In this document: positions 37,215-47,058 of the stretch, one piece after another
How positions within the stretch are numbered: the stretch's first letter is position 1
Layout of the letters: the number at the start of each line of letters is the position of its first letter
From: Bacteroidota bacterium
Lineage (GTDB): Bacteria; Bacteroidota; Ignavibacteria; UBA10030
Length of the DNA stretch: 52,940 nucleotides
Assembly: GCA_017882185.1 (NCBI GenBank)
Contig: JADGQA010000001.1
Span: 1-52,940, forward strand
Direction: 5' to 3'
Made by a program: the position numbers and the translations under genes
Notes under the pieces: model-generated
Told to the model about the DNA's origin: nothing
Database searches by the model: none
What the model saw: the letters and a program-made list of their open reading frames with translations, nothing else

Positions 37215-38161
37215 AGCCCAAGATCTATTGTCCATACTGCAATTTAGAACTTCGGTGGGGGGACAAATTCTGCGGGAATTGCGGAAAACCAATCGAGCTT
37301 GCGGATTCCTCTCCATCGGCCAGCGGGGAGGATGAGCGCGCGCGTGCTCGGAAGGAGCAGGATCCGCTGACGTGCGGAACGTGCGGCACAGTAAACAAGC
37401 GCGGGATCGAATTCTGTCGATCGTGCGGGTCAGATCTCCGGACACACTCGGAATTTGTGGCCGAGGCGAAACCGGGAGTCCCGAAGCAAGTCAGGAAGGA
37501 TCAACGCTCATCGCGCAGAGAGTTCAAGGCGTTTTCTTCCCTCGGCACGTGGAAACCAGTGGTTGCTCTCGTCATCATCATCGTAGCCGCAGTGTTGGTC
37601 GACAGGTACTTTTCGAGAGAAAATATCCCGCAGCAGGTCGCTCAGCAGTCGAATCCCGAGCCGCAACGGCCTTCCGGGGCAAACATGGCAGCCATCCCAC
37701 AGATCGAAGATATGGAACGGCAGGTCAAGGCAAATCCTGGTGATTTGGGTATGTCTTTGCAGTTGGCGAATTTTCTCAGCGACAATCGATTCTACGACAA
37801 GGCCATAACCTACTATCAGTCATATCTGCAGAAGAAACCGAAAGATAACAATGCCCGTGTCGACATGGGAATTTGTTACAAGGAAATCGGACAGTATGAT
37901 AATGCGACACGGGAAATGAAACAGGCGCTGGCATATGACCCTTCACATCTTTTCGCAACCTTCAACTTGGGTATCGTCGCTCTTGATGAAGGAAAGATGT
38001 ATATGGATCAAGGACAAATGGATCGAGCAAACGAGTTGATCAAAGAATCGAACGACTGGTTCAAGAAAACGTTCGCGTTGGCACCGACGAGCGAGGTTGG
38101 CAAGCGGGCACAGCAGTTGTTATCGCAACATTCCAGCACACAACTTCCATCACCTAACTAA
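37211..38161 (+). CDS. double zinc-ribbon, single-TM, TPR-repeat protein
   Basis: Two zinc-ribbon motifs are present (CPYCN...CGNCG and CGTCG...CRSCG). They are followed by a TM segment (VVALVIIIVAAVLV) and C-terminal TPR-like repeats. An ATGA overlap joins it to the HU gene. Confidence 0.6.
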   Translation: MKPKIYCPYCNLELRWGDKFCGNCGKPIELADSSPSASGEDERARARKEQDPLTCGTCGTVNKRGIEFCRSCGSDLRTHSEFVAEAKPGVPKQVRKDQRSSRREFKAFSSLGTWKPVVALVIIIVAAVLVDRYFSRENIPQQVAQQSNPEPQRPSGANMAAIPQIEDMERQVKANPGDLGMSLQLANFLSDNRFYDKAITYYQSYLQKKPKDNNARVDMGICYKEIGQYDNATREMKQALAYDPSHLFATFNLGIVALDEGKMYMDQGQMDRANELIKESNDWFKKTFALAPTSEVGKRAQQLLSQHSSTQLPSPN

Positions 38162-38173
38162 AAGGAGGAGCTT

Positions 38174-38269
38174 ATGCCAAGTGGCAAAAAGCGAAAACGC
38201 CATAAAATGGCGACCCACAAGCGAAAGAAAAGATTGAGAAAGATGCGACATAAGAAGAAGATCCGCTAG
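38174..38269 (+). CDS. 31-aa highly basic peptide, bS22 / mS38 (AURKAIP1-COX24)-like small ribosomal protein candidate
   Basis: This ORF is not in the track because it is under 60 aa. The ATG sits 3-4 nt after AAAGGAGGAG. It translates to MPSGKKRKRHKMATHKRKKRLRKMRHKKKIR and is followed by a strong terminator. Confidence 0.6.
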   Translation: MPSGKKRKRHKMATHKRKKRLRKMRHKKKIR

Positions 38270-38281
38270 TGGCTTGTTTGG

Positions 38282-38323
38282 TCTGTCCTGCCGTTCCCCG
38301 TGGCAGGGCAGATTGTTTTTTTT
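38282..38323 (+). terminator. intrinsic terminator after the basic-peptide gene
   Basis: The 11-bp stem TCTGTCCTGCC / GGCAGGGCAGA is followed by TTGTTTTTTTT. Confidence 0.7.
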
Positions 38324-38525
38324 GAGAACGCTGTCACGCATATGCTGCTCCTTTCAGTTAAAACTGTGGATCGGAAGATATCATTGCTCGTTTAAGGTAA
38401 CCAAGAATGATGAATCCTGGTCAACCTCGCCCGCGTCATCATATTGAATGTTATTGAATGTTGAACACTTCTTACCTATTTTGATTGCGTAATCTTTCAA
38501 TTCTTAAAACGGAATGGAGGCTTCT

Positions 38526-38864
38526 ATGGCACAAGATAACGATGGGATGGCGAGAGGTTTGATTGTCGGTTTCATAGCCGGCACTATTGCAGGGGCTATC
38601 CTTGCATTGTTGTATGCACCGAAGTCAGGCAAGGAACTGAGAGCGGATATCAAAGAAAAGGCGAAAGATGTTGCTGACGATGCGGAAGAATTCATGGCAC
38701 GTGCAAAGGCCAAGGCAGTTGAAATCGTTAACGAAGGCAAGAGCAAGTCGGAAACGATGGTGAACGACGCGCGAAGCCGCGCCGCATCAATCATGGGCGA
38801 CGCCCAGCGCATCCTGTCCGAGGCACGAAACAAAGGTAATCAGGAAACCGGAAAAAATCCCTAA
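38526..38864 (+). CDS. YtxH domain-containing protein
   Basis: The start is trimmed to the ATG at 38526, 6 nt after GGAGG. GLIVGFIAGTIAGAILALLYAPKSGKELR is the YtxH signature, followed by an Ala/Lys-rich helix. Confidence 0.75.
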   Translation: MAQDNDGMARGLIVGFIAGTIAGAILALLYAPKSGKELRADIKEKAKDVADDAEEFMARAKAKAVEIVNEGKSKSETMVNDARSRAASIMGDAQRILSEARNKGNQETGKNP

Positions 38865-38943
38865 CCGTGCCACGAACAGCAAATCGGTTGCGCGCTGTCC
38901 CCGATTGTATCTAGTCCATCTGGTAATCACTTTCTACAGTTAG

Positions 38944-39357
38944 TTGAAGGAAACCTACGTGGAAACTCTCATCAATATCGGCAAAGTACTGGCTCTTTTC
39001 AGCGCCGCCGCACTTTGCGTTTATTTGATTTATGTGCTGTCGCGTCTTAACGGAATGTTGTTGCTCTTCCAGCGGGATTTCTCTGAAATCACGAGAAACC
39101 TTAAGCCGATACTGGAAAATTTGAACACCGTTGCCGATAGATTGAAATCCATTACAACGAAAGTCGACGAACAGGTAATCCTGTTCAAGTCATCATTGGA
39201 ATCGTTCAAGGCTCTTGCCGACAATGTCGTGAGCTTTGAGAATCGTGTCCAGGAGAGTCTCGAGGAACCGATTATTCGTGTCACTTCGTTGATTGGAGCA
39301 TTCGTGGGCCGGATATTATCATTCTTCGGCAGATCGCAAGCAGGCAATCTCGATTAA
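38944..39357 (+). CDS. DUF948-like membrane-anchored coiled-coil protein
   Basis: An N-terminal TM is followed by long helical repeats, and the gene is adjacent to the YtxH gene, as in ytxG/ytxH-type pairs. The TTG start is uncertain. Confidence 0.45.
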   Translation: MKETYVETLINIGKVLALFSAAALCVYLIYVLSRLNGMLLLFQRDFSEITRNLKPILENLNTVADRLKSITTKVDEQVILFKSSLESFKALADNVVSFENRVQESLEEPIIRVTSLIGAFVGRILSFFGRSQAGNLD

Positions 39358-39569
39358 CGGTTCTACCCGAAACGGCAACCATTTTCCAAGACGCCTTGCC
39401 TGAATGTGTAAATCGAGCGTTGGAACACAGCAGCTCGAAATACCCAAGTAATGTGTGCGCGCTCGTCTGACTCTTGTAGCCGCGGACAGATCGGAAGTGT
39501 TCACCGGATGTAACTGAACATAGGCGGTTCACGCCTCAAGCATAAACTCCATTCGAAGGAAAACAAACG

Positions 39570-41675
39570 TTGGCTCAGACAATAAGAGACTACCCCGCAG
39601 AAAAAATCCGAAACATCGCCCTGATCGGTCACGGGGGATCAGGCAAAACCATGGCCGCGGAACTGATGCTTTTCATCTCCGGCACCATCAACCGCGTTGG
39701 AAAAATAGAGGAAGGATCCACGGTATCTGATTACCATGCCGATGAAATCGAACGCCGCATTTCGATCAATTCATCAGTGATGCATTGTGATTGGCAGGGT
39801 ACCAAGATCAATATACTGGATTCACCCGGATATTCAGATTTTACCGGCGATGTCATCAGTTCGCTGCGCGTTGCCGATCTTGCCATCGTCTGCATAAAAG
39901 CAGTCGAAGGGGTCGAAGTGGGAACCGAAATTGTGTGGAACTATACAAAAGCCGATGCTACCCCGCGGGTCCTCCTTGTGACGAAGATTGACAACGAAAA
40001 CGCGGATTTTGACCATGCGGTTGAAACTGCGAAGGAACGTTTCGGACACGATGTCGTTGTCATGCAGTTTCCGTTGAACGAGGGTCTCCAGTTCGACGCA
40101 TTTGTCGACGTATTGAAGATGAAGATGTACAAATTCAACCGTGATGGGAGCGGCAAGTTCATCGAAAGCGACATTCCGGCTGAATTGAAATCAAAAGCAG
40201 ATTCGCTTCACGAAGAGCTCATCGAGAAAATCGCGGAGACAGACGAAAAACTGATGGATAAGTTCTTTGAAGCAGGGACGCTGCAAGACGAAGATCTTCG
40301 CCGCGGTTTGCAATTGGCCCTGAACACGTCCAAGATTTTCCCCGTGTTTTGCTCGGCAGCAACCCTGAATATTGGTCTCCATCAACTCCTTGATTTCATT
40401 GTCACCTATGGTCCGTCGCCAAAGGATCGCGGGGCAGTCAAGGCGGTCAACCACCAGACAAAGGCGGAAATCGATGTCCTCCCCGACGCTTCCGCTCAAC
40501 CTTCACTCTTCATCTTCAAAACAATATCTGAACAACACGTTGGCGAACTGTCTTATTTCCGCGTCTACTCTGGAACGGTGACAGCCGGGATGGATTTAGT
40601 AAATGAATCCAACGGAAAGGCAGAGCGTCTCGGACAGTTGTTTGTCATGAACGGCAAGTTGCGGAATGAAATCGGCAAGATTGCCGCGGGTGACATCGGC
40701 GCGGTTGTAAAACTCAAAGATACTCACACCAACAATACACTGGCGAGCAAAGTATTCCCGGTCAATTTCAAACCGATTGCGTTTCCTGATCCTGTCATCA
40801 GGATGGCCATTCATTCGAAGGCGAAAGGAGACGAGGACAGGGTTGCGAACGGATTGCATTCGCTCCACGAAGAGGATCCGACTTTCGTCATTTCCGTCGA
40901 TGGACAACTCAGTCAAACTGTCATTGCAGGTCAGGGAGAACTCCATCTTCTGATCGTGACGAGGCGGCTCAAAGAGAAATACAACGTTGAGGTAGATCTT
41001 GTCGAGCCCAAAATTCCCTATAAAGAAACAATCAGGGGTATTGCTCCCGATGTCGAGTATAAACACAAAAAGCAATCGGGGGGACGCGGTCAGTTTGGCC
41101 ACGTCCACATCAAGGTCGAACCGCTGAAGCGGGGCTCAGGGTTTGAGTTTGTCGATGCAATAGTTGGTGGCGTCGTTCCCGGTCGATTTGTTCCTGCCGT
41201 TGAGAAGGGAATTGTGGATGTCATGCAAAAGGGAGTGGTGGCAAACTGCCAGGTTGTCGACGTGCGTGTAACCCTCTTCGACGGCTCGTATCACACTGTT
41301 GATTCAGACGAAAACTCGTTCAGGATTGCCGGATCGATGGCGTTCAGAAGTGGGTTTAAGGAAGCAAAGCCGGCAATTCTCGAGCCGATCAACGAGATTG
41401 AGGTGACGGTGCCGGAAGAGTATATGGGCGACGTTATGGGAGACATTTCAGGAAGGCGGGGAAAGATACTCGGGATGGAGGGGGAGGGACACTTCCAGAA
41501 AATAAAGGCTCTGGTCCCGATGTCGGAGCTTCACAAGTACTCCACCATTCTCCGCTCCATGACACAGGGGCGCGGCGTTTACAAAACGAAATTCTCACAC
41601 TACGATGAAATGCCGAAGGAGCTGATGGAAAAAGTGATTGCTGCCGCTGAGAAAGCGAAAGAGGAAGCCGCGTAA
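39570..41675 (+). CDS. elongation factor G paralogue (EF-G2-like)
   Basis: The protein has all five EF-G domains. The P-loop is GHGGSGKT rather than AHIDAGKT, and DSPGYSDF and TKID are also present. The gene stands alone, outside a str operon. Confidence 0.8.
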   Translation: MAQTIRDYPAEKIRNIALIGHGGSGKTMAAELMLFISGTINRVGKIEEGSTVSDYHADEIERRISINSSVMHCDWQGTKINILDSPGYSDFTGDVISSLRVADLAIVCIKAVEGVEVGTEIVWNYTKADATPRVLLVTKIDNENADFDHAVETAKERFGHDVVVMQFPLNEGLQFDAFVDVLKMKMYKFNRDGSGKFIESDIPAELKSKADSLHEELIEKIAETDEKLMDKFFEAGTLQDEDLRRGLQLALNTSKIFPVFCSAATLNIGLHQLLDFIVTYGPSPKDRGAVKAVNHQTKAEIDVLPDASAQPSLFIFKTISEQHVGELSYFRVYSGTVTAGMDLVNESNGKAERLGQLFVMNGKLRNEIGKIAAGDIGAVVKLKDTHTNNTLASKVFPVNFKPIAFPDPVIRMAIHSKAKGDEDRVANGLHSLHEEDPTFVISVDGQLSQTVIAGQGELHLLIVTRRLKEKYNVEVDLVEPKIPYKETIRGIAPDVEYKHKKQSGGRGQFGHVHIKVEPLKRGSGFEFVDAIVGGVVPGRFVPAVEKGIVDVMQKGVVANCQVVDVRVTLFDGSYHTVDSDENSFRIAGSMAFRSGFKEAKPAILEPINEIEVTVPEEYMGDVMGDISGRRGKILGMEGEGHFQKIKALVPMSELHKYSTILRSMTQGRGVYKTKFSHYDEMPKELMEKVIAAAEKAKEEAA

Positions 41676-41696
41676 GGAGTTCCGCAAACCAGCGAT

Positions 41697-41737
41697 AAAA
41701 AAGCCTCGTCAGCGTATTGCTGGCGGGGCTTTGTGTT
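41697..41737. terminator. bidirectional terminator between convergent EF-G2-like and T9SS-cargo genes
   Basis: The 12-bp stem AGCCTCGTCAGC / GCTGGCGGGGCT (two G-U pairs) is flanked by AAAAA upstream and TTGTGTTT downstream. Confidence 0.65.
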
Positions 41738-41762
41738 TCTATGAGAATGCCTGCCGGAAAGC

Positions 41763-43913
41763 CTATTTCAACAAGAGAAGCTTTGTTGTGAATTTTCCTT
41801 TCGGCGTTGAGAGCATCACAAAATAAACTCCGCTCGAAACCGGGATATTCCTCTCAGTTTGACTATTCCAAGTAATGCGAGTCGCAGATCGATCATTCAA
41901 TGCAGAAGTCGGAAACGAGTAGACCACTTGACCCAGTACGTTGTAGATACGCAGACTTGTTTGTTCGCCTCTCACCCCGTTTGGCAGACGAATGTTCAGA
42001 ATTGTCTGGGAATTGAACGGATTCGGGAAAGCCTGCACGAGGGAGTCCTTTGGTTGAACTGACGGAGTCTGCTTTTCCACACTGATGACAATAGGATTCG
42101 AATTTGAACAGGATGTGCACACTTTGATGGTGTCACTCGGGTCGAGACAGAGGAATGCCGTGTATTGTGTCAGCACTCTGTTCGTAAGACTGACTGCAAT
42201 GACTTGTCGTATCGCGTCGTTGGTCAGCGTCCCGAATTCGAGCGATGATATGTAGTTGCCGGCCCAGGCTTGGGTAGCGACACTGTCAATCGATACAGCA
42301 TCCTGTTCAGCAACGGTGATCTGATTCGAGAACACCGAGTCGCCGACAATCCCCGCAACATCAATGATCATCGGAAAACTTCCGTTGAACTTGCCTGTCT
42401 GGTAAATGGTCTGCTCCAATCCGATGGATTGAAGACCAATAGTGCCAATCGATATGCGACCATAGCAAAAGCCGTTTGAAAGAGTCGTGTAAATGTCGAA
42501 TGCATCGATATTACCCTGTAAGTGAAGTGCGGATTTTGAAAGAATCCCGTAGAGGGAGCCGTTGTATTCAATTCTTTGATCGCTGCCATTCGTCAGTCTT
42601 GCGAGATTATCATAGAAATACTGATTGCCGGGATAGAACTGTCCGTTCACATACACTGACTGTGAATAGTTCGTGTTAAAATCGCAAATGTGGATCGGGA
42701 TTTTCACCGACATCAATTTCATGAGGTCATTGAGTAGTGAATTTGACGCCTGCAGATTCCCAACCTGATCCGTGTTGGCGATGAGCCATACGACCCCTTC
42801 ATTTCCCTTTGACTGGATGAAATCAACCCCATTTGCCAGAAGAGACGGAAGATTACCATACCCTGCAAATGGCGAGGGTCCCGCACTCGTGAATGCCTGC
42901 ACGATGCTTGCTGAATCGGCCCCCATCCAACTTGGAGAGAGGCGATGGATGTTCAGGCCGGAAAAGATCAAATTGATCGAGTCTACACCGCTGAATTTGT
43001 CAATCAAGTACGATCGTACCGTTGAGAGCACATCCGAAGCTGTGACCGTACTTTTGGAAGGGTCGAAATCGAAGAGAAGGGCGACCTTCCGCGGTTTGTT
43101 GATGCCGAACGCTTTCCAGGGTGTCAGGGCAATTTGGTAGATTCCGTCGTTCCCTTTCTGGAATCGGCTCACGTAGATGCCATTCGTATTATTTGATACA
43201 AACGAAATATTCATTGAGGTCTGAATTGAGGTCCCGGGAATCTCGAACTGATAATACGTTTGGTTGCTGGAGTCGGTTTGCGCAGTGCCGGCCAGGTTCG
43301 GCATCTCAAGAATGGAAGGCGCTTGACTGGTACCCGCAGGCCAGCAGCGCACCGAGAAATTCTGAGGAAGATTCGAAGACGCACGGACGATATGCACAGG
43401 CAAGGGAGAGATCAGGGATTTCAAAATCCAATCATTTCGTGTGAGATACGAGATTTTCACTTTCCGGCTGCTCGTTCCCACGAGTGGATAGACGCGGAGC
43501 TGGTAGTAATTCGAATAATCTTTATAGAGGACTGATGGATCTCTCCGCCTTTTTACGATACTCTCGTAAATGGTTGACGCAGTCCATCGGTCCATTATGG
43601 CGGATCGAACCATGACGTTATCGATCAAGAGCCACGAATCAATAACGATGGAATTTTCGGGAAGCGTAAACGTGAGCTGAATCTCGACGGAATCGGAGGA
43701 TAGAAAACTAAGACCGCGTGCAGAAAAGGTGAGATAGAGATCGTTCTGTGTATAGATTCCCTTTTGATACGCACAGAGCGTAGCCTCTTCAATCGTACCT
43801 TGACCTGATCTCCAAGTCTGTTGAGGATGTTGGATGGTGAGATATCCATATTGGCCAATTGCGATCGACGAGACCAACGATAGAATTGCGGCGACAAATG
43901 TCAGTGTCTTCAT
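41763..43913 (-). CDS. secreted VIT-like / vWA-like protein with T9SS C-terminal sorting domain
   Basis: The protein has a signal peptide. Its N-terminal region resembles a VIT domain (LPENSIVIDSWLLIDN...YESIV...DPSVL...VYPL). It has a possible MIDAS motif, DPSKS, in LLFDFDPSKS. The C-terminus, FPNPFNSQTILNIRLP...GVYFVMLSTPKGKFTTKLLLLK, is typical of Por/T9SS CTDs. Confidence 0.65.
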   Translation of the reverse strand: MKTLTFVAAILSLVSSIAIGQYGYLTIQHPQQTWRSGQGTIEEATLCAYQKGIYTQNDLYLTFSARGLSFLSSDSVEIQLTFTLPENSIVIDSWLLIDNVMVRSAIMDRWTASTIYESIVKRRRDPSVLYKDYSNYYQLRVYPLVGTSSRKVKISYLTRNDWILKSLISPLPVHIVRASSNLPQNFSVRCWPAGTSQAPSILEMPNLAGTAQTDSSNQTYYQFEIPGTSIQTSMNISFVSNNTNGIYVSRFQKGNDGIYQIALTPWKAFGINKPRKVALLFDFDPSKSTVTASDVLSTVRSYLIDKFSGVDSINLIFSGLNIHRLSPSWMGADSASIVQAFTSAGPSPFAGYGNLPSLLANGVDFIQSKGNEGVVWLIANTDQVGNLQASNSLLNDLMKLMSVKIPIHICDFNTNYSQSVYVNGQFYPGNQYFYDNLARLTNGSDQRIEYNGSLYGILSKSALHLQGNIDAFDIYTTLSNGFCYGRISIGTIGLQSIGLEQTIYQTGKFNGSFPMIIDVAGIVGDSVFSNQITVAEQDAVSIDSVATQAWAGNYISSLEFGTLTNDAIRQVIAVSLTNRVLTQYTAFLCLDPSDTIKVCTSCSNSNPIVISVEKQTPSVQPKDSLVQAFPNPFNSQTILNIRLPNGVRGEQTSLRIYNVLGQVVYSFPTSALNDRSATRITWNSQTERNIPVSSGVYFVMLSTPKGKFTTKLLLLK

Positions 43914-44125
43914 GGCTTCATCCGGAAATGTTCTTAGCAGGCATAAGAATTCGGTTGGCTTTGAAATGAAGGGAGACTCAAATGCCCCGCCGTAGTTTAC
44001 GACAGGCTTTCGGAAAAATCAAGTCTCGTGCGGAAACATCATTTCTTCTGGGAACCTTTTTTCCTATCTTTGAAAATCGAGCCAACAACGTCACATCACT
44101 CATTTGTTCTTCACGGTTCTCAAGA

Positions 44126-46975
44126 ATGACAAAATCGAATAGCGTCTCCTCATCGGTGACTACTGCTGCGCAGAAATCGAATGGTCAACAGAAAATGCGT
44201 GGTCCCGGCAACATTATCATTCGAGGTGCGCGTGTTCACAATCTGAAGAATATCGACCTTGAATTACCACGGAACAAACTCATTGTTATGACTGGGGTGA
44301 GTGGTTCCGGCAAGTCGAGCCTTGCGTTCGATACCATCTACGCCGAAGGGCAGCGACGTTACGTCGAGAGTCTTTCATCGTACGTCCGGCAGTTTCTCGA
44401 GCGCATGGAGAAACCCGATGTTGATTCAATCCAAGGAATAAGTCCTGCAATTGCGATCGAACAGAAGACGACGTCACGTAATCCCCGGTCGACAGTCGCG
44501 ACTTCAACGGAGGTCTATGATTATCTTCGTCTCCTCTTTGGTCGGATTGGTGTGACCTATTGCCGCGTCTGTGGCACTGTCGTCAAGCGTGACAGCGTGT
44601 CAAGCGCAGTCGATAGGCTCCAACAAGAGCCCGAGGGCACAAAACTCTATATTACCTTTCCGCTTCACGACCATCCCGGTCATTCGCTCCGGGAAGAGTT
44701 TGCATCCCTCAAGAAGCGCGGCTTTTTTCGTATTGTGGTGAACAACAAAATCATCGACCTCAACGAGACAGAGTACAAAGGGAAAAGCAAGAACGATGTA
44801 AGCATTCTGATCGACCGGGTTGTTGTGAGACGGAATGACAAGGAAAGTTTGACTCGGACTGCAGATTCGATCCAGACGGCATTTTCGGAAGGCGAGGGAT
44901 ATGCTCTTGCCCACCTCGTTGACCAACAGACACAAATCAGGTTCACGCAGCATTACGAGTGCCCCAATGATGGTACCAGGTACGACGAGCCCGATCCGAG
45001 GATGTTTTCATTCAATAATCCTGTCGGTGCATGTCCGAAATGTCAAGGGTTCGGCCGAGCAATGGGAATTGATATGGCACTTGTCGTTCCTGATCCGACA
45101 AAAACGATCCGAAAGGGAGCAATTCATCCCTGGAATTTCCCAAGCTGGCGCCAAAATCTTGTCGATCTAATGAATATAGCCGCCGAAGCGGAAATTCCAC
45201 TCGACGTTCCATTCGAAAAGCTCACAGAAAAACAACTCTCCGCTTTGATGAATGGATACAAGAAATTCGATGGGATTATCGGGTTTTTCGAGTACATCGA
45301 GCGCAAGTCGTACAAAATTCAAAATCGGGTATTTCTGAGTCGCTATCGCGGCTACACGACCTGCGATGAATGCGGGGGCGCCCGCCTGACGAAGGATGCA
45401 CTCAATATCCGTGTGGCCGGAAAGACCATCTACGACATCGTCAGGATGACGATTGCTGAGGCAAACGCATTCTTCCAATCGATTGAATTGTCGAAGTCTG
45501 AGATCGAGATCGCGAAGCGCATTCTTGAAGAAATTCGCAAACGTCTCAAATTCCTTGACGATGTCGGCATTGGGTATATCACACTCGATCGCATGTCCAT
45601 GACGCTCTCCGGGGGTGAATCACAAAGGATTAACCTCGCCACATCGCTGGGCTCAGCGCTGATGGGTTCGCTCTATGTTCTCGACGAGCCGAGCATCGGC
45701 CTGCACCCTCGTGACACCCATCGCCTGATCACGATCCTGAAATCATTGAGGGATATCGGCAACACAGTCATCGTCGTTGAGCACGATGAAGAAATGATCC
45801 GAGAGGCCGATGTCGTCGTCGATATGGGGCCGAAAGCCGGTGAGCTAGGCGGCGAAGTGATATTCAACGGTTCGCTGCCGGAACTTATGCAGCATAAAAA
45901 TTCACTCACGGCACGATACCTGCGAAAAGAGTTGCAGATTGCCACGCCGCGTAGAAGGCGCAAGGACACTGAACGATCTATTTATGTTCGCGGGGCACGA
46001 GAGAACAATCTAAAGGGGATCGACGTGCGCATTCCGCTCGATATCTTCGTTTGCATTACCGGTGTCAGCGGATCAGGGAAAAGCACATTGATCCACGATA
46101 TTGTGTATGCCGGGATACAAAAAAAGAAAGGCGGCTTCCAAGGCAATGTCGGAAAGTTCGTCTCCCTCGACGGCGACGATTATATTGTCCAGGTTGAGCT
46201 TGTCGATCAATCTCCGATCGGGCGTTCGGCGAGATCAAACCCGATCACTTATATAAAAGCATTTGACCTTGTCCGCGACTTGCTTGCGCATACGCAGGTG
46301 GCAAAAATCCGCGGTTTTACGCCGGGCCATTTCTCGTTTAATGTACCGGGAGGACGATGCGAAGTGTGCGAAGGGGAGGGTGTCCAGACGATTGAAATGC
46401 AGTTTCTTGCCGATCTGTATCTCACGTGTGAATCGTGCAAGGGGAAAAGATTCAAGCAGGAAGTTCTCGATGTCACGTTCCACGGCAAGAATGTCGACGA
46501 TATTCTGAATATGACCGCAGCGGAAGCAGTACGTTTTTTTTCGGAGTCAGCCGAAGGAAAACGGACTGCAAAACGGCTACAGATTTTGATTGATGTCGGT
46601 CTGGGATATCTCAGACTTGGACAATCTTCCACCACATTGTCTGGTGGAGAAGCCCAACGCATCAAACTTGCCCATCATCTTTCGGCATCGGAGAACGAAG
46701 GGAAGACGCTCTTCATTTTCGATGAACCGACGACAGGTTTGCATCTGGATGACATCGCTACGCTGCTAAAATGTTTCGATGCTCTCGTGAATGCAGGTCA
46801 TTCAATCATCGTCATTGAGCACAATATGAACGTCGTCAAATGCGCCGATTTCATAATTGATCTTGGACCTGAGGCTGGAGAGGGGGGTGGGCAGATTGTT
46901 GCGACTGGCACTCCCGAAGAAATTGCGCGATCAGAAAAATCCCACACAGGGAAATTCCTCAAACAGTACCTTTGA
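44126..46975 (+). CDS. uvrA: excinuclease ABC subunit A
   Basis: The start is trimmed to the ATG at 44126, with the ATG at 44195 also possible. The protein has GARVHNLKNI, two ABC modules (GVSGSGKSS and GVSGSGKST, LSGGESQR and LSGGEAQR) and zinc-finger cysteines. Confidence 0.93.
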   Translation: MTKSNSVSSSVTTAAQKSNGQQKMRGPGNIIIRGARVHNLKNIDLELPRNKLIVMTGVSGSGKSSLAFDTIYAEGQRRYVESLSSYVRQFLERMEKPDVDSIQGISPAIAIEQKTTSRNPRSTVATSTEVYDYLRLLFGRIGVTYCRVCGTVVKRDSVSSAVDRLQQEPEGTKLYITFPLHDHPGHSLREEFASLKKRGFFRIVVNNKIIDLNETEYKGKSKNDVSILIDRVVVRRNDKESLTRTADSIQTAFSEGEGYALAHLVDQQTQIRFTQHYECPNDGTRYDEPDPRMFSFNNPVGACPKCQGFGRAMGIDMALVVPDPTKTIRKGAIHPWNFPSWRQNLVDLMNIAAEAEIPLDVPFEKLTEKQLSALMNGYKKFDGIIGFFEYIERKSYKIQNRVFLSRYRGYTTCDECGGARLTKDALNIRVAGKTIYDIVRMTIAEANAFFQSIELSKSEIEIAKRILEEIRKRLKFLDDVGIGYITLDRMSMTLSGGESQRINLATSLGSALMGSLYVLDEPSIGLHPRDTHRLITILKSLRDIGNTVIVVEHDEEMIREADVVVDMGPKAGELGGEVIFNGSLPELMQHKNSLTARYLRKELQIATPRRRRKDTERSIYVRGARENNLKGIDVRIPLDIFVCITGVSGSGKSTLIHDIVYAGIQKKKGGFQGNVGKFVSLDGDDYIVQVELVDQSPIGRSARSNPITYIKAFDLVRDLLAHTQVAKIRGFTPGHFSFNVPGGRCEVCEGEGVQTIEMQFLADLYLTCESCKGKRFKQEVLDVTFHGKNVDDILNMTAAEAVRFFSESAEGKRTAKRLQILIDVGLGYLRLGQSSTTLSGGEAQRIKLAHHLSASENEGKTLFIFDEPTTGLHLDDIATLLKCFDALVNAGHSIIVIEHNMNVVKCADFIIDLGPEAGEGGGQIVATGTPEEIARSEKSHTGKFLKQYL

Positions 46976-47021
46976 CAGAGTGTTTCTGGCTTCAATCAGG
47001 CATAGTAAGTGTTCTTCCTAT

Positions 47022-47058
47022 CCCGCAATTGGCAATTCGCATTTCACAATTCTAATTC
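47022..47058. repeat. degenerate heptamer tandem repeat (consensus GCAATTC, about 5 units)
   Basis: The array GCAATTG GCAATTC GCATTTC ACAATTC TAATTCA sits in the long convergent gap after uvrA. Confidence 0.5.
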
